63,735 nucleotides of DNA, filler included, from Coriobacteriales bacterium (GCA_031263105.1; 6 parts of 6 records of this genome joined end to end with filler, not necessarily neighbours in it), one strand, 5' to 3'. Positions 28,455 through 38,982 are shown, numbered from the whole stretch's first letter. The notes: a model not told the origin generated them from the letters alone. Numbers and translations: made by a program.

Positions 28455-29882
28455 ATGAAGCACGCGAAAGAGGCATTCAATTTCAAGCGGTTGTGGCTTG
28501 TGCTGGGCATCGTCTTTGGCGTGCTCATAGCGGCCTACGGCGGCATGGCGTACTACTTCTCGTCCCACTTCGGCATCAACACCTCCATAGACAACGTCGA
28601 GTGCGCCTTCAAGACGGTCGAGGAGGTCGAGCAGACCATCAGCGCGCGCGTCGGCACCTATGAGCTGCGCATTGTCGGCCGCGACGGGCTGGCACGGACC
28701 ATCGAGGCGGCGGACGTCGCCTTGGCCTACGTGTCGGACGGGCAGGTACAGGCGATACTGGACGAGCAGAACCCGCTCCTTTGGGTCGCCCGCCTCTTCC
28801 GCAGCCCGCGCGAGGCAACGACCCATGCCAGCGTCGACTTCGACAAGGGGAGCTTCGCCGCCATGATGCGGAGCATCGATCTGTTCGACGAGAAGGCGAT
28901 GCGCGCGCCGGTCGACGCCTACCTGACCTTCGAGGAGCCCCGCTACGTCGTTGTGCCCGAGAACCTGGGCAGCACCTTGGACGAGGGGCGGACGACCGAG
29001 GCCATCGACGAGGCCCTGCACTCCTTGGTCGAGACGCTCGATGTCGACGAGGGCGGCTGTTACGTCTCCCCAAAGGTCTTCTCCAACAACCCCGACCTGC
29101 TCGCCGAGGCGGAGCGGTACAACGCCCATGTCCCCTTCGAGATCGTCTATACCTTCGGGGACGAGACCGAGGTCCTGGACACGCGGATCGCCCTTGACTG
29201 GATGGTCGTCGCCGAGGACGGCACCGCGACGCTCAACGAGGAGGCCTTGGCGGCCTGGGTGCAGGATTTCGGCCTGCGGCACGACACGGTGGGGAAGCCC
29301 CGCACCTTTACGTCCATAACCGGGGAGCGCTCGAGCGTCGAGGGCGGCAACTACGGCTGGGAGATCGACGAGGAGGCCGAGATAGAGGCGATACAAGCGG
29401 CCATCGCGAACCACAGCGGCCAGCGGCGCGACCCCTCTTACGTGCAGGTCGGTGCCGTCCACGCTCCTGCGGGCGAGCCCGACTGGGGCACGACCTATAT
29501 CGAGCTCGACCTGACGAAGCAGCATATGTACTACATCGAAAAGGGCACGGTCACGTTCGAGACCGATGTCGTCACCGGCGCCCCCTGGGGCGGGAGAGCG
29601 ACGCCGGCCGGCGTCTTCCGCATCCTGGAGAAGCTCAGCCCCACCGTCCTCAAGGGCGACATCATGCCCGATGGGAAGCGCGAGTACGAGACTCCGGTGA
29701 AATACTGGATGCGGATCACCTGGGGAGGGGTCGGCTTCCACGACGCGACCTGGCAGCCCGCGTTCGGCGGCGACCGCTACACCTATGCAGGGTCGCACGG
29801 CTGCATCAACATGCCGTACAACGATGCCCAGACCCTGTACGGCATGCTTGAGATAGGGACCCCGGTCGTCAGCCATTACTAA
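28455..29882 (+). CDS. L,D-transpeptidase (peptidoglycan-binding region plus YkuD domain)
   Basis: N-terminal TM; DVVTG...TPAG; GFHDATW...GSHGCIN catalytic motif. Confidence 0.92.
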   Translation: MKHAKEAFNFKRLWLVLGIVFGVLIAAYGGMAYYFSSHFGINTSIDNVECAFKTVEEVEQTISARVGTYELRIVGRDGLARTIEAADVALAYVSDGQVQAILDEQNPLLWVARLFRSPREATTHASVDFDKGSFAAMMRSIDLFDEKAMRAPVDAYLTFEEPRYVVVPENLGSTLDEGRTTEAIDEALHSLVETLDVDEGGCYVSPKVFSNNPDLLAEAERYNAHVPFEIVYTFGDETEVLDTRIALDWMVVAEDGTATLNEEALAAWVQDFGLRHDTVGKPRTFTSITGERSSVEGGNYGWEIDEEAEIEAIQAAIANHSGQRRDPSYVQVGAVHAPAGEPDWGTTYIELDLTKQHMYYIEKGTVTFETDVVTGAPWGGRATPAGVFRILEKLSPTVLKGDIMPDGKREYETPVKYWMRITWGGVGFHDATWQPAFGGDRYTYAGSHGCINMPYNDAQTLYGMLEIGTPVVSHY

Positions 29883-29942
29883 GGAACTGCAACGAATCTG
29901 AGAAATGCCCTGAAGGCACGGGGAGGAAGCGAGGGACACGGC

Positions 29943-31985
29943 ATGAGCAGGAACGATCAGCAGAGGGAGGAGGGCGACCGCCGCCCCTTGGGGCCGACGC
30001 GGCGCGACTTCCTCAAAGGGGCGGCGGCGACCGGCGGGGCCCTCGTCGGCGCGTCGTTGCTGGGCGCGTTGGGCGGCTGTGTGCCCCTGCTCCGCCCGAG
30101 GGCCGCTGCCGACGACGCAGCACCCGACCGGGAGCCCGGCCAGGAAGCCGACCAAGGGACCGGCCAGATGCCCGGCAGGGAGGGAGGCAGCCTTGCCGTC
30201 GCGAGCCACTGGCCGTATGCGATCGACCCCTTCTTCCTTCAGGAGAGCGCCGGCATCCAGATAGCGAACTGCCTCTTCGACCCGCTGGTGCGGTACGACT
30301 ATCGGGAGAAGAAGCTCGTCGGTGCTGCGGCGCAGAGCTGGGAGGCCAACAAGGAGGGCACCGTGTTCACCTTCAGGCTCGCTTCTGGCGCGCGCTTCCA
30401 CAACGACGATGCGGTGACCGCCGCCGACTTCAAGTATGCCTGGGAGAGGATACTCAGGCCCGACGCGAGCGGCGGGCGTTCGACAAACGCCTCGTCCCTT
30501 GCGGTGATACAGGGTGCCGATGCGCTGGGGGCGGGGGAGGCCGACGCGGCCTCCGGCATCAAGGCCGTCGACGAGCTGACGCTCGAGGTCACGCTCGCCC
30601 TTCCCTTCCATGAGTTCCCCTTCGTGCTCAGCTATCCGGCGTTCTCGCCGGTGCCTTCCAAGGTCTTTGCGGACGACGGCAGGGACGCCTCGGTCTTCTC
30701 CGTGATGCCGATAGGCAACGGCGCCTTCATGTTGAAGGACGTCTCGACCTACGAGGACGACATGCTCAGGCTGGTGCGCTTCGATGGCTACGGGGGAACG
30801 CCTGCGCTCCTGCAGGCGGTCGAGTTCAGGTTCTTCGAGGCCGACTCTGCGCAGCAGGAGCCGTCCGAAGGCGGGGGACAGGTCTGGGAGGTCGCCGCCC
30901 GCCCTGCCGCCCGCCCGCCCGCCCGCCCGGCGGCGATGCGTCCGGCGGTTCCGGCGGCCGCCCGTCCGGCAGCGGTGCGATTGGCAGTTCCGGCGGTCGC
31001 TCGTCTGGCGGCTGCGCAGTCGGTGGCAGCGGCTCCCCCGGCGCTCCGCCCGGCAGCGTCGCCGATGCTGCACCCGGTGGCCGACGAGCCCCTGCAAAGC
31101 TATGAGGAGAAGGCCTACGAGCGCTTCCGCCTGGGAGGGCTCGACCTTTCGTCGGTTCCCGTCGCGGAGATCGAGGACGCGCGGGCGCGCTATGGGGAGG
31201 CCGCCGACGGGCACACCGTGGAGTCCGGCGAGGGACTCCTTCTCGGCTCGGAGGCCTGCGTCGAGTTCCTGTGGGGAAGCCTTGAGCGCGAGCCCCTCGA
31301 CAACGCCCTCGTCCGCCAGGCGCTCAGCCATGCCATCGACCGCGAGGCCATCTGCAAGGAGCTGTTCGCCGGTGCCTTCTCGGCGGCCACAGGCATCATC
31401 CCTCCCGAGGTGGAGGGCTTCAGGACGGGGGCTTGGCCCGCGACGGCCTTCGACGCCGCCAAGGCACAGGCGCTCCTCGACGAGGCGGGCCATCCGGGAG
31501 GCAAGGGGCTCGCGCCCCTGACGCTCCTTGCCGCGAACAGCACGCTCGAGCGCAGGCTCTTCGAGATGATAGAGGCAGGCCTTACGGAGGCAGGCTTCTC
31601 CGTGAAGCTCGTGGTGGGCGCAGACAACGCCCGCTACTGGGACATGCTGCAGCAGGGAGCGGTGCTCACGTCCACCGGCTGGATAGCCGACTTCCCCCTC
31701 ATGGAGAACCTGCTCGTCCCGCTTTTTTCAGGCTCCGGCAGCAACAACCTGTTCGGCTACCGCAACGCAGAGGTCGACGAGGGCATTGCTGCAGCGCGTG
31801 CCGTCGCAGAGGCCGACGAGCGCCAGCGCGCCTTCCACAAGGTAGACGACCTCATCGCCGCCGACATGCCCGTCATCCCCCTGTTCTTCACCACGCACGC
31901 CCTCGTCTGCTCCGACCGCACGAACGACCTCTACGTCGCCCCCGACGGCCTCATCGCCCTCCCCAAGGTCTGGGTGAGCTTCTAG
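29943..31985 (+). CDS. Family 5 (peptide/nickel) ABC substrate-binding lipoprotein, Tat-exported
   Basis: TRRDFLK Tat motif, LGGC lipobox, FTFRL...FHN..VTAADF, IGNGAF, VRQALSHAIDRE; internal PAAxR-type insertion. Confidence 0.88.
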   Translation: MSRNDQQREEGDRRPLGPTRRDFLKGAAATGGALVGASLLGALGGCVPLLRPRAAADDAAPDREPGQEADQGTGQMPGREGGSLAVASHWPYAIDPFFLQESAGIQIANCLFDPLVRYDYREKKLVGAAAQSWEANKEGTVFTFRLASGARFHNDDAVTAADFKYAWERILRPDASGGRSTNASSLAVIQGADALGAGEADAASGIKAVDELTLEVTLALPFHEFPFVLSYPAFSPVPSKVFADDGRDASVFSVMPIGNGAFMLKDVSTYEDDMLRLVRFDGYGGTPALLQAVEFRFFEADSAQQEPSEGGGQVWEVAARPAARPPARPAAMRPAVPAAARPAAVRLAVPAVARLAAAQSVAAAPPALRPAASPMLHPVADEPLQSYEEKAYERFRLGGLDLSSVPVAEIEDARARYGEAADGHTVESGEGLLLGSEACVEFLWGSLEREPLDNALVRQALSHAIDREAICKELFAGAFSAATGIIPPEVEGFRTGAWPATAFDAAKAQALLDEAGHPGGKGLAPLTLLAANSTLERRLFEMIEAGLTEAGFSVKLVVGADNARYWDMLQQGAVLTSTGWIADFPLMENLLVPLFSGSGSNNLFGYRNAEVDEGIAAARAVAEADERQRAFHKVDDLIAADMPVIPLFFTTHALVCSDRTNDLYVAPDGLIALPKVWVSF

Positions 31986-32274
31986 GAACCACCGATTAAT
32001 CCAGTCGCAGCCCTTTGAATCGTGTCATGCGACCCGCTAAGGCGGGTCGCACTGTCTATGCTTCGCGTCTTTGTCAGTCCACAACCTGGGGCGCTCGTCC
32101 CAAAGGCCATCGAACTTGGACGAGGCGCACAGGCTCGTCAGAGAAGACGACGAGGTGGTTGAAAAAGCGGCGGAACTGTCATATCAATCGGTGGCTCCCT
32201 AGCGTCTACCGCTCGTTTTAGTACAATAGGCCAGTAAAGGTTAACGATGAGCAGAGAACGGAGTCTGAATCCTA

Positions 32275-33471
32275 GTGAGCGTTGTAGCAGAAAGAGAGGT
32301 TCGGAAGAAATCGTTACTTGCTGTCCCAGCGAATGTGGCCGATATTTCTCAAGACAAGCTGAACATTGAGAACAGAACAAGAACTAACCTCTTCGCTTGG
32401 AACGGTCAGTTTTCACCTCAATTAATTGAGGCTATTGTTGAGCACTATGCTTCATCTGATGATAAGGTGCTTGACCCCTTCGCTGGTTCTGGAACGACTC
32501 TTTATGAATGCGCTCGAAAGGGAATCTCAGTTTGTGGAACGGAGCTTAATCCTGCTGCCTACTATATGGGCAAGGTATATCAGATATGCTGTATGAAAAA
32601 AGGCGCACGTGACAGCCTCATTGACTCAATCAACACTCTGGTCAATACATGCATGGAGCAACAAGACCTTGTGAGGTACCTTGTTGATTACTGTGAGGAG
32701 AACCGAAGGACTGCCACTGGCTCAACGGCGGCTCTGCTTATTATCCTGCTGGATATTTTTCATAATGACGTTACAAGACGGCTTCTTTATGAGAAGTGGA
32801 GCAAGCTGCGGGAAATCATCAGGGATTTGCCCTATTCGGCCAAGCCAGTGGTTATGGAACTAGGCGATGCCCGACATCTGAAAATCTCAGACAGCACGAT
32901 TGACTTGGTCATAACGTCACCTCCATACATTAATGTGTTTAATTATCATCAGAATTATCGTCGCTCAGTTGAAGCACTTGGGCATGACGTACTTGGGATA
33001 GCAAAACAGGAATTTGGGTCAAATCGAAAGAATAGAGGAAACCGACTTTATACAGTTGTACAATACTGTATTGACATGGCCTTGGCAGTTCAGGAAATGG
33101 CAAGGGTTTGTAGCTCTGGAGCACGTATCGTATTGATAGTAGGCAGAGAATCCAATGTACTAGGATACTCTTTTTATAATAGTGAACTGATTTATGAAAT
33201 CTGTCATCAGGTACTTGACTTCGACTTAGAATTGCGTCAAGAGCGGGTGTTTAAAAACCGGTTCGGTCAATTAATCTATGAAGACATACTGCACTTTTCA
33301 AACGACAAGGAATGCTTGCTGAAAGAGGAGAGCGTAGTTGTTGAGGAAGCGCGAAGGATAGCCAAACAAGCCCTAATCGACAAGCTTGCTATTGAGAACA
33401 AAAACAGAGGCTTGCTGCAAGTTGCCATTGAAAAGGCCCACACAATCCAGAAGTCGGAGGACAATCAATGA
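32275..33471 (+). CDS. Amino-type (probably N4-cytosine) DNA methyltransferase
   Basis: LDPFAGSGTT (motif I) precedes ITSPPY (motif IV); low-GC island. Confidence 0.85.
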   Translation: MSVVAEREVRKKSLLAVPANVADISQDKLNIENRTRTNLFAWNGQFSPQLIEAIVEHYASSDDKVLDPFAGSGTTLYECARKGISVCGTELNPAAYYMGKVYQICCMKKGARDSLIDSINTLVNTCMEQQDLVRYLVDYCEENRRTATGSTAALLIILLDIFHNDVTRRLLYEKWSKLREIIRDLPYSAKPVVMELGDARHLKISDSTIDLVITSPPYINVFNYHQNYRRSVEALGHDVLGIAKQEFGSNRKNRGNRLYTVVQYCIDMALAVQEMARVCSSGARIVLIVGRESNVLGYSFYNSELIYEICHQVLDFDLELRQERVFKNRFGQLIYEDILHFSNDKECLLKEESVVVEEARRIAKQALIDKLAIENKNRGLLQVAIEKAHTIQKSEDNQ

Positions 33472-34388
33472 GGGGCGTACACGGAGAAAAACTGGTAGCT
33501 GCCCTCGAAAGCGACAAGCTGCCGGTTTCTGATAAGCCCAGGCTAAGCGAAGCGATAGTGAGATACGATACGTGGATTGACGACCTTTCCAAGGTAAGCG
33601 GCACTGTAGTGAGCGAGTGCATTGAAGAAATGGTCGAGATGCTCAATTCCTACAAAAACTACATCGACATAGACTTGATATTTGATAGCCCAGAGAATTT
33701 CCTCTATCGCCAAAAGGGTCAACTGAAACTCGACAACACCGTTATTGAGGAATTCCTGCCTATTATGGTTAAAGCTTGTTTGGAGAGGTCTGTGGGCGAC
33801 GTTGGTCTTGATATCGGTGCCCAGGTCCCCACGTTCTCGTCGGCCTTTTTTGAGTCGAGTATAGGCACCCCGGCTATTGGCGGCGGACTTACGATAAGGG
33901 CCAAAGACCAAGACTTCTCCATGAGTCGTAAGCTATACATACAATCGTCGTATGAGCCTGACTTCATTGACGAAGACACGCTAACGATAACCACTCATGT
34001 CGGCTATGTTCTTGCGGAGCTTAAAACCAATTTGGACAAAACAATGTTCCAAGAAGCATCAGCGACTGCTCATGATGTGAAGCTTGCCGTCTCAGGTGCG
34101 AAATACTACCTACTGTGCGACTTCTTGGACATGACGCCCATAAGCACGGGCGTTACCGACATCGACGAAATTCTGATTGCCCGGAAAGCCAAACGCATCA
34201 ATTCAAACATACGCAAGAATTTCAGCACCTACGAGGGCCGTTTGGCAAACCGCAACTGGTACGTAGAGTACCTTCAAGGCAATCCATACTACTCGGATGT
34301 CTTTGAAAGATTCATGGATCACATACTTTCTCAAATTCAAAATGAAGATTTAGTCGAAGAGAGTGTGCTGGACATGGGATACTTCTAG
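33468..34388 (+). CDS. Bpu10I-family restriction endonuclease
   Basis: HGEKL N-terminus, QLKLDNTVIEEF, KDQDF, ELKTNLDKTMFQEA; ATGA coupling to the MTase. Confidence 0.8.
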   Translation: MRGVHGEKLVAALESDKLPVSDKPRLSEAIVRYDTWIDDLSKVSGTVVSECIEEMVEMLNSYKNYIDIDLIFDSPENFLYRQKGQLKLDNTVIEEFLPIMVKACLERSVGDVGLDIGAQVPTFSSAFFESSIGTPAIGGGLTIRAKDQDFSMSRKLYIQSSYEPDFIDEDTLTITTHVGYVLAELKTNLDKTMFQEASATAHDVKLAVSGAKYYLLCDFLDMTPISTGVTDIDEILIARKAKRINSNIRKNFSTYEGRLANRNWYVEYLQGNPYYSDVFERFMDHILSQIQNEDLVEESVLDMGYF

Positions 34389-34458
34389 TTTACCTACTCT
34401 GGTGCTTCCCTGCTGTTCCTCCCTCACTCAATAGGCGTTACGAAAAGCCTGCTTTGCC

Positions 34459-35916
34459 TCACATGCTCACGGTGAAGGTGGTGCCGTGGGTTGCGTCGCT
34501 GGAGACGGTGATGGTGCCACGGTGGGACTCGACGATGGATTGGGCGAGGGAGAGGCCGAGCCCTGAGCCTTCGGAGCTGCTGTGTGCGCTGTCTGCGCGG
34601 TAGAAGCGTTCGAAGAGGTGGGGGAGGGCGTCGGGTGCGATGGGCTCGCCGCTGTTCGTGATTTTGAGCAGTGCGTGCGTTAGGGGCTTGGCACCGCCTG
34701 TTGCCGTCCCTGCGCCCGTCGTCGCTCCTGTCGCACCGCCTGCGCCGGGGTGCAGGCTGACGTGCACAGTGGGTCGGGGCGGGGGCATTGGCGCGTTCCC
34801 CTGACACCCTGCATCGCCCGGTCTTCTCCCCATGGCCGCACCCGGCGTGCCTGCGTACTTGCTGGCGTTGTCGAGGAGTATCTGTGCCAGGCGCTCCAGC
34901 TGCTCTGCGTTGCCGGTGACGGTGACGCCTTCGGCGAGGTCGGTCGTCAGTGTGATGCCGCGCTCGAAGAACACGGCCTCGAACTGGAGCAGGCCGTGTC
35001 TGAGGAGGGCCGAGAGGTCGACCGTCGTCCACGGGGCCTTTTGTGCGGGAGGGCGCCCGTCTTCTTCCTCGGTCTGAGCGAGGAGGAGCAGGTCGCGCAC
35101 GAGGCCGTCCATGTGCTGTGCCTCCAGCTGCGTGCTCTCGACCCACTGGTGCTGTTCGGCGACGGTTCGTTCGGGGTGGGCGGCAAGCAGGCTGTTGTTC
35201 GCGAGTATGACGGCAAGGGGGGTCTTGAGCTCGTGGGAGGCGTCGGCGACGAAGCGCCGCTGCCGCTCCCATGCCGCCGCGACCGGGCGGGTGACGAGGC
35301 GGGAGAGCAGGAGGCTGACGAAGAACAGGGCGACCATGGCGCCCAGCCATATGAGCGCCGAGGCGCCGGCTTGGAGGAAGGTGCTTCTGAGCAGCTCGGA
35401 CGCATCGGCAAGCGCAATCGTCAGGCTGCCGTCGCCGGGGGCCCCGAGGCGATAGAAGAGCTGCTGGTCGAAGAGGAGGCCGGTGAGGCTCTTGCTGGGC
35501 ACCAGGCCCTGGCGGGGCAGCTTCTCCAGGACGGCGCTCACCGCCTTCTGTGCGACCGAGCTCTCGATAAGGACGACGGAGCTGTTGTCGGCGAGCACCG
35601 TGAGGCTTGTTGCATCGAGGATGACGACGTAGACCGGTATGAAGCGGTCGCCTGACTGGGCAGAGGTCTCCTGATGGGGGATCAACAGGTCGAAGAGCAT
35701 TCCCGGCAACGAGCCGGCATCCTGGTTCGGCTCCCCGATCCAAGGGCGCTGCTCGTTGTCGATGCCGGCCCCCACGGCCCTGTCGAGGGCGCTTCTGATG
35801 GTGCCCGCCGTGGCCTGGTAGCTGAACACGACGCTTGCCGTGAGCATGGCCAAGAGCATGAGGCCCACTATCCCCATCGTGATGAGTATGAAGCGGCGGC
35901 GCAGGCTAGCGAGCAT
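34459..35916 (-). CDS. Sensor histidine kinase
   Basis: Two TMs, FVADASHELKTPL, LLDNASKY, FERFYRAD, GSGLGLSL. Confidence 0.93.
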   Translation of the reverse strand: MLASLRRRFILITMGIVGLMLLAMLTASVVFSYQATAGTIRSALDRAVGAGIDNEQRPWIGEPNQDAGSLPGMLFDLLIPHQETSAQSGDRFIPVYVVILDATSLTVLADNSSVVLIESSVAQKAVSAVLEKLPRQGLVPSKSLTGLLFDQQLFYRLGAPGDGSLTIALADASELLRSTFLQAGASALIWLGAMVALFFVSLLLSRLVTRPVAAAWERQRRFVADASHELKTPLAVILANNSLLAAHPERTVAEQHQWVESTQLEAQHMDGLVRDLLLLAQTEEEDGRPPAQKAPWTTVDLSALLRHGLLQFEAVFFERGITLTTDLAEGVTVTGNAEQLERLAQILLDNASKYAGTPGAAMGRRPGDAGCQGNAPMPPPRPTVHVSLHPGAGGATGATTGAGTATGGAKPLTHALLKITNSGEPIAPDALPHLFERFYRADSAHSSSEGSGLGLSLAQSIVESHRGTITVSSDATHGTTFTVSM

Positions 35917-36706
35917 CGGATGCACCTCCCTCCGTGGGCCTTGCGCCTTCCAACCGGTAGCCCATCCCGCGCACGGTCACGATGCGCTGGTCGCTTTCCA
36001 GGTAGGCGAGCTTCTTGCGCAGGAACGACACGTAGGCCTCCACGCTGTTCTCGTCGGCATCCGTGTCGAGTCCCCAGATGCGGGCGAGCAGGGTCGCCTT
36101 CGTCAAGGTCTGCTCGGGATTGGTCATGAGCAGGCGGCAGAGCTCGAACTCGCGCTGCGAGAGGTGGACGCGCAGCCCTGCCTCCGCCTGCGCGCCTGCG
36201 CCCGTCCCGCCAGCCGCCTCGTCGTTTGGCGTGTCTTCCACCTGAGCCGTCCCTCTCCCCCTGCTGAAGAGATCCGCGCTTCGCAGGTCGAGGCTGGTAT
36301 TGCCGAGCGTGACGACCTCGAGGTGCACCGTGCCGCTGCGCCGCGTGAGCGCGCGCAGGCGTGCGAGCAGCTCTGCCGGCTGGAAGGGCTTGGTGAGGTA
36401 GTCGTCGGCGCCCGCGTCGAGCCCCGTGACCTTGTCGCGCAGGGTGTCGAGGGCGGTGAGCATGATGAGGGGCACGGCGCTGCCCGCCCGCCTCAGCTCC
36501 CGTGCCACCGCAAGGCCGTCCAGTATCGGCAGCATCACGTCGAGGACGATGGCGTCGTAGGGCGTGCCGGTCTTCTGTGCGCTCAGGGCGTAGTCGAGCC
36601 CGCTGCGCCCGTCTCCCACGGCATCGACGTGGTGGCCCTCCTCCTCAAGGATGGCGCAAAGGGCCTGTGCGAGCCGTTGCTGGTCTTCGACGAGCAGTAT
36701 GTTCAT
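35906..36706 (-). CDS. OmpR-family response regulator
   Basis: MNILLVED, LDVMLP, GADDYLTKPF, VEAYVSFLRKKL, TVRGMGY. Confidence 0.93.
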   Translation of the reverse strand: MNILLVEDQQRLAQALCAILEEEGHHVDAVGDGRSGLDYALSAQKTGTPYDAIVLDVMLPILDGLAVARELRRAGSAVPLIMLTALDTLRDKVTGLDAGADDYLTKPFQPAELLARLRALTRRSGTVHLEVVTLGNTSLDLRSADLFSRGRGTAQVEDTPNDEAAGGTGAGAQAEAGLRVHLSQREFELCRLLMTNPEQTLTKATLLARIWGLDTDADENSVEAYVSFLRKKLAYLESDQRIVTVRGMGYRLEGARPTEGGASDAR

Positions 36707-37028
36707 GGTCGCCTTCATGTTCGGACGGGCTGCGGACGCCCCCGGCGGCGGGCTGCGGGCGGGCCGCTGTGTCGCGGCCCGAGAGTCGGACACTACCATT
36801 GTAGGCCAAAGTGGAGATTCCGGGCTGGCGGTAACGCTGTTCTGAAATTCGGGTAACGCAATTCCGCGAAGCGGGTAACAGCGGCGCGGCACTCTTTGCT
36901 GTATCAATCACTGGTTATAAAGCCGCACNNNNNNNNNNNNNNNNNNNNNNNNNNNNNNNNNNNNNNNNNNNNTTAATTAATTAANNNNNNNNNNNNNNNN
37001 NNNNNNNNNNNNNNNNNNNNNNNNNNNN

Positions 37029-37167
37029 CCGGGCGCGCGGCCCCCTGGGTGCCGGGGGGGGCTCGGGGTGCGGGGGGGGGCTCGGGCTGCCGGGGGGGGC
37101 TCGGGGTGACCGTGGGGGCCCGGGATGACAGTGGGGGCTCGGGATGACAGTGGGCGTGAACAGTAAC
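37029..37167. mobile_element. Family A MITE right end at a contig start
   Basis: Tandem GGGATGACAGTGGG units ending GTGAACAGTAAC. Confidence 0.75.
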
Positions 37168-37176
37168 TTCAGTCTT

Positions 37177-38259
37177 TCAGTCGTCGAACGGCAGGTGAAT
37201 ACTCGCGGCGAAACCGGGGTCGGCGTTCGCGCACGTAAGGCCGCCGCCCATGCGCTCCATGAAGGCACGGGAGATGAACAGCCCCAAGCCGTAGCCGTTC
37301 TTGCCCTCGGCCCCCTTGCCCCGGAAGTACTTGGAGAAGAGGCGCGGCAGCTCCTCCGGGGCGACCCCCGGCCCGTGATCGCGCAGGATGAGGGTCAGCC
37401 CGTCGCCGTCCATCTCCGCCGACACGTCGATGGCGGTATCGGCGTATTTGTACGAGTTGGCGACGAGGTTGTCCATCACCTGCGAAAGCCGTGCAGGGTC
37501 GGCCCGAAGCAGGCAGCCGGGAATCTCACAGGGCCTCGCCTTTTGCCGGTAATCGGATTTCCGTATGATCTCGTCGAGCCTGCTGCTTGGGAAGGGGATC
37601 GGACTGACGTTAAGGGAGTCCAGCTCCTCCAAGGTGGTGTGGAGCAGGTCGGAGACCAGCGTCTCGATCTGTGCGGCCTTTTGCTGGATGGTTTGCAGCT
37701 TCTGCCGCTCCGGCGCGGCGGCGCTCATCTCCATCAGCTCTGCGACCGCCTTGACGGAGGCCACGGGGGTCTGGATGTCATGGCTCAAAGAGGCGACGAG
37801 CTCCCGCTTGGACTGCTCGGTCGCCCGCTCGCTCTCCTTTGCCCGACGCAGCTCCTCCCTCATGAGGTCGAAGCTCTCGGTGAACGCGCCGAACGCGTTG
37901 TCCCTGTCCATCTCCAGCGAGGCGTCGAGCTCGCCGGCCGCCACCCTCTGCGCGAACCCACGCATGGCATCAAAGGGACGCAGGATGTTCCGGTAGAGGC
38001 TCGCCAAAAACAAGGCCGCGACAACGACTGCGAGGAGAAGGAGCACAATCGCCCCAGCCTGCAGCTGCGCCCGGTAGGCCTGCCAGCGCTCCAGCGTGTC
38101 GGCAAAGGCGGAGCGGTCGATCGTCTGCCCGCTTTGTGCCATGTCGTTGATTCTGGCGAAGTCGACCGTGTCCTTCGGCACGGGGAACAGGAACAGGATG
38201 CCCCCTACGCCAAGAACCGCTATGACCAGAAGCACGGCCGCATACCGTTTGACCTTCAT
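37177..38259 (-). CDS. HAMP-domain sensor histidine kinase
   Basis: SLSHDIQTP, NLVANSYKY, DHGPG, GYGLGL. Confidence 0.92.
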   Translation of the reverse strand: MKVKRYAAVLLVIAVLGVGGILFLFPVPKDTVDFARINDMAQSGQTIDRSAFADTLERWQAYRAQLQAGAIVLLLLAVVVAALFLASLYRNILRPFDAMRGFAQRVAAGELDASLEMDRDNAFGAFTESFDLMREELRRAKESERATEQSKRELVASLSHDIQTPVASVKAVAELMEMSAAAPERQKLQTIQQKAAQIETLVSDLLHTTLEELDSLNVSPIPFPSSRLDEIIRKSDYRQKARPCEIPGCLLRADPARLSQVMDNLVANSYKYADTAIDVSAEMDGDGLTLILRDHGPGVAPEELPRLFSKYFRGKGAEGKNGYGLGLFISRAFMERMGGGLTCANADPGFAASIHLPFDD

Positions 38260-38939
38260 GACGGGTCGTCCTCGAAGACATAGCCCGTTCCCCAAACCGT
38301 CCTGATGTACCTAGGGCTGTTCGGGTCGCGCTCCAGTTTCTCGCGCAGGCGGCGGATGTGGACGTTCAGGGTGTTGTCGCCGACGATGGAGTCCTCCCAC
38401 ACCTTGCGGAACAGCTCCTCTTTGCCGATGACCCGCCCCCGGTTCCTCATCAGGTGACAGAGCAGCTTGAACTCCATCGTCTTGAGCTCGACCCGCGCTC
38501 CGTCCAGCATGACCGAACGGCCGTCCTCGTCCACGGTCAGAGCGCCGACGGAGAGGGGCGGTGCGGCGGCGGGCGCACGGTAGCGCCCCAGCACCGCCTT
38601 CACCTTTGCCAGCAGGACGGAGAGGGAGTAGGGTTTTTGGATATAGTCGTCGCCGCCGATGGAAAGCGCCAGCAACATGTCGTCGTCACTTCGCCGGGCG
38701 CTGATGAACAGGATGGGGACCGTGGTGAGCTCCCGCAGGCGTTTGCACAGCTCGAAGCCCGACGAGGTGCCCAGATTGATGTCCAGCAGGATCAGGTCGG
38801 TCGTATGCTCGCGGAAGAACCGCATGCAGCCGTCCGCATCCGCCGCCCAGAACGCACTGACGCCGAACAGGCCGAAATACTCGCAGGTGGACTCGGACAG
38901 CGCCTCTTCGTCGTCCACAAGCAGGCAGTCGTAGTTCAT
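38256..38939 (-). CDS. OmpR-family response regulator
   Basis: LLVDDE, LLDINL, GGDDYIQKPY, LNVHIRRLREK, TVWGTGY. Confidence 0.93.
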   Translation of the reverse strand: MNYDCLLVDDEEALSESTCEYFGLFGVSAFWAADADGCMRFFREHTTDLILLDINLGTSSGFELCKRLRELTTVPILFISARRSDDDMLLALSIGGDDYIQKPYSLSVLLAKVKAVLGRYRAPAAAPPLSVGALTVDEDGRSVMLDGARVELKTMEFKLLCHLMRNRGRVIGKEELFRKVWEDSIVGDNTLNVHIRRLREKLERDPNSPRYIRTVWGTGYVFEDDPS

Positions 38940-38982
38940 GTTCCGCTCCTTGCCCTACGGCGCTCGCCTTGCCGTGCGGCGC

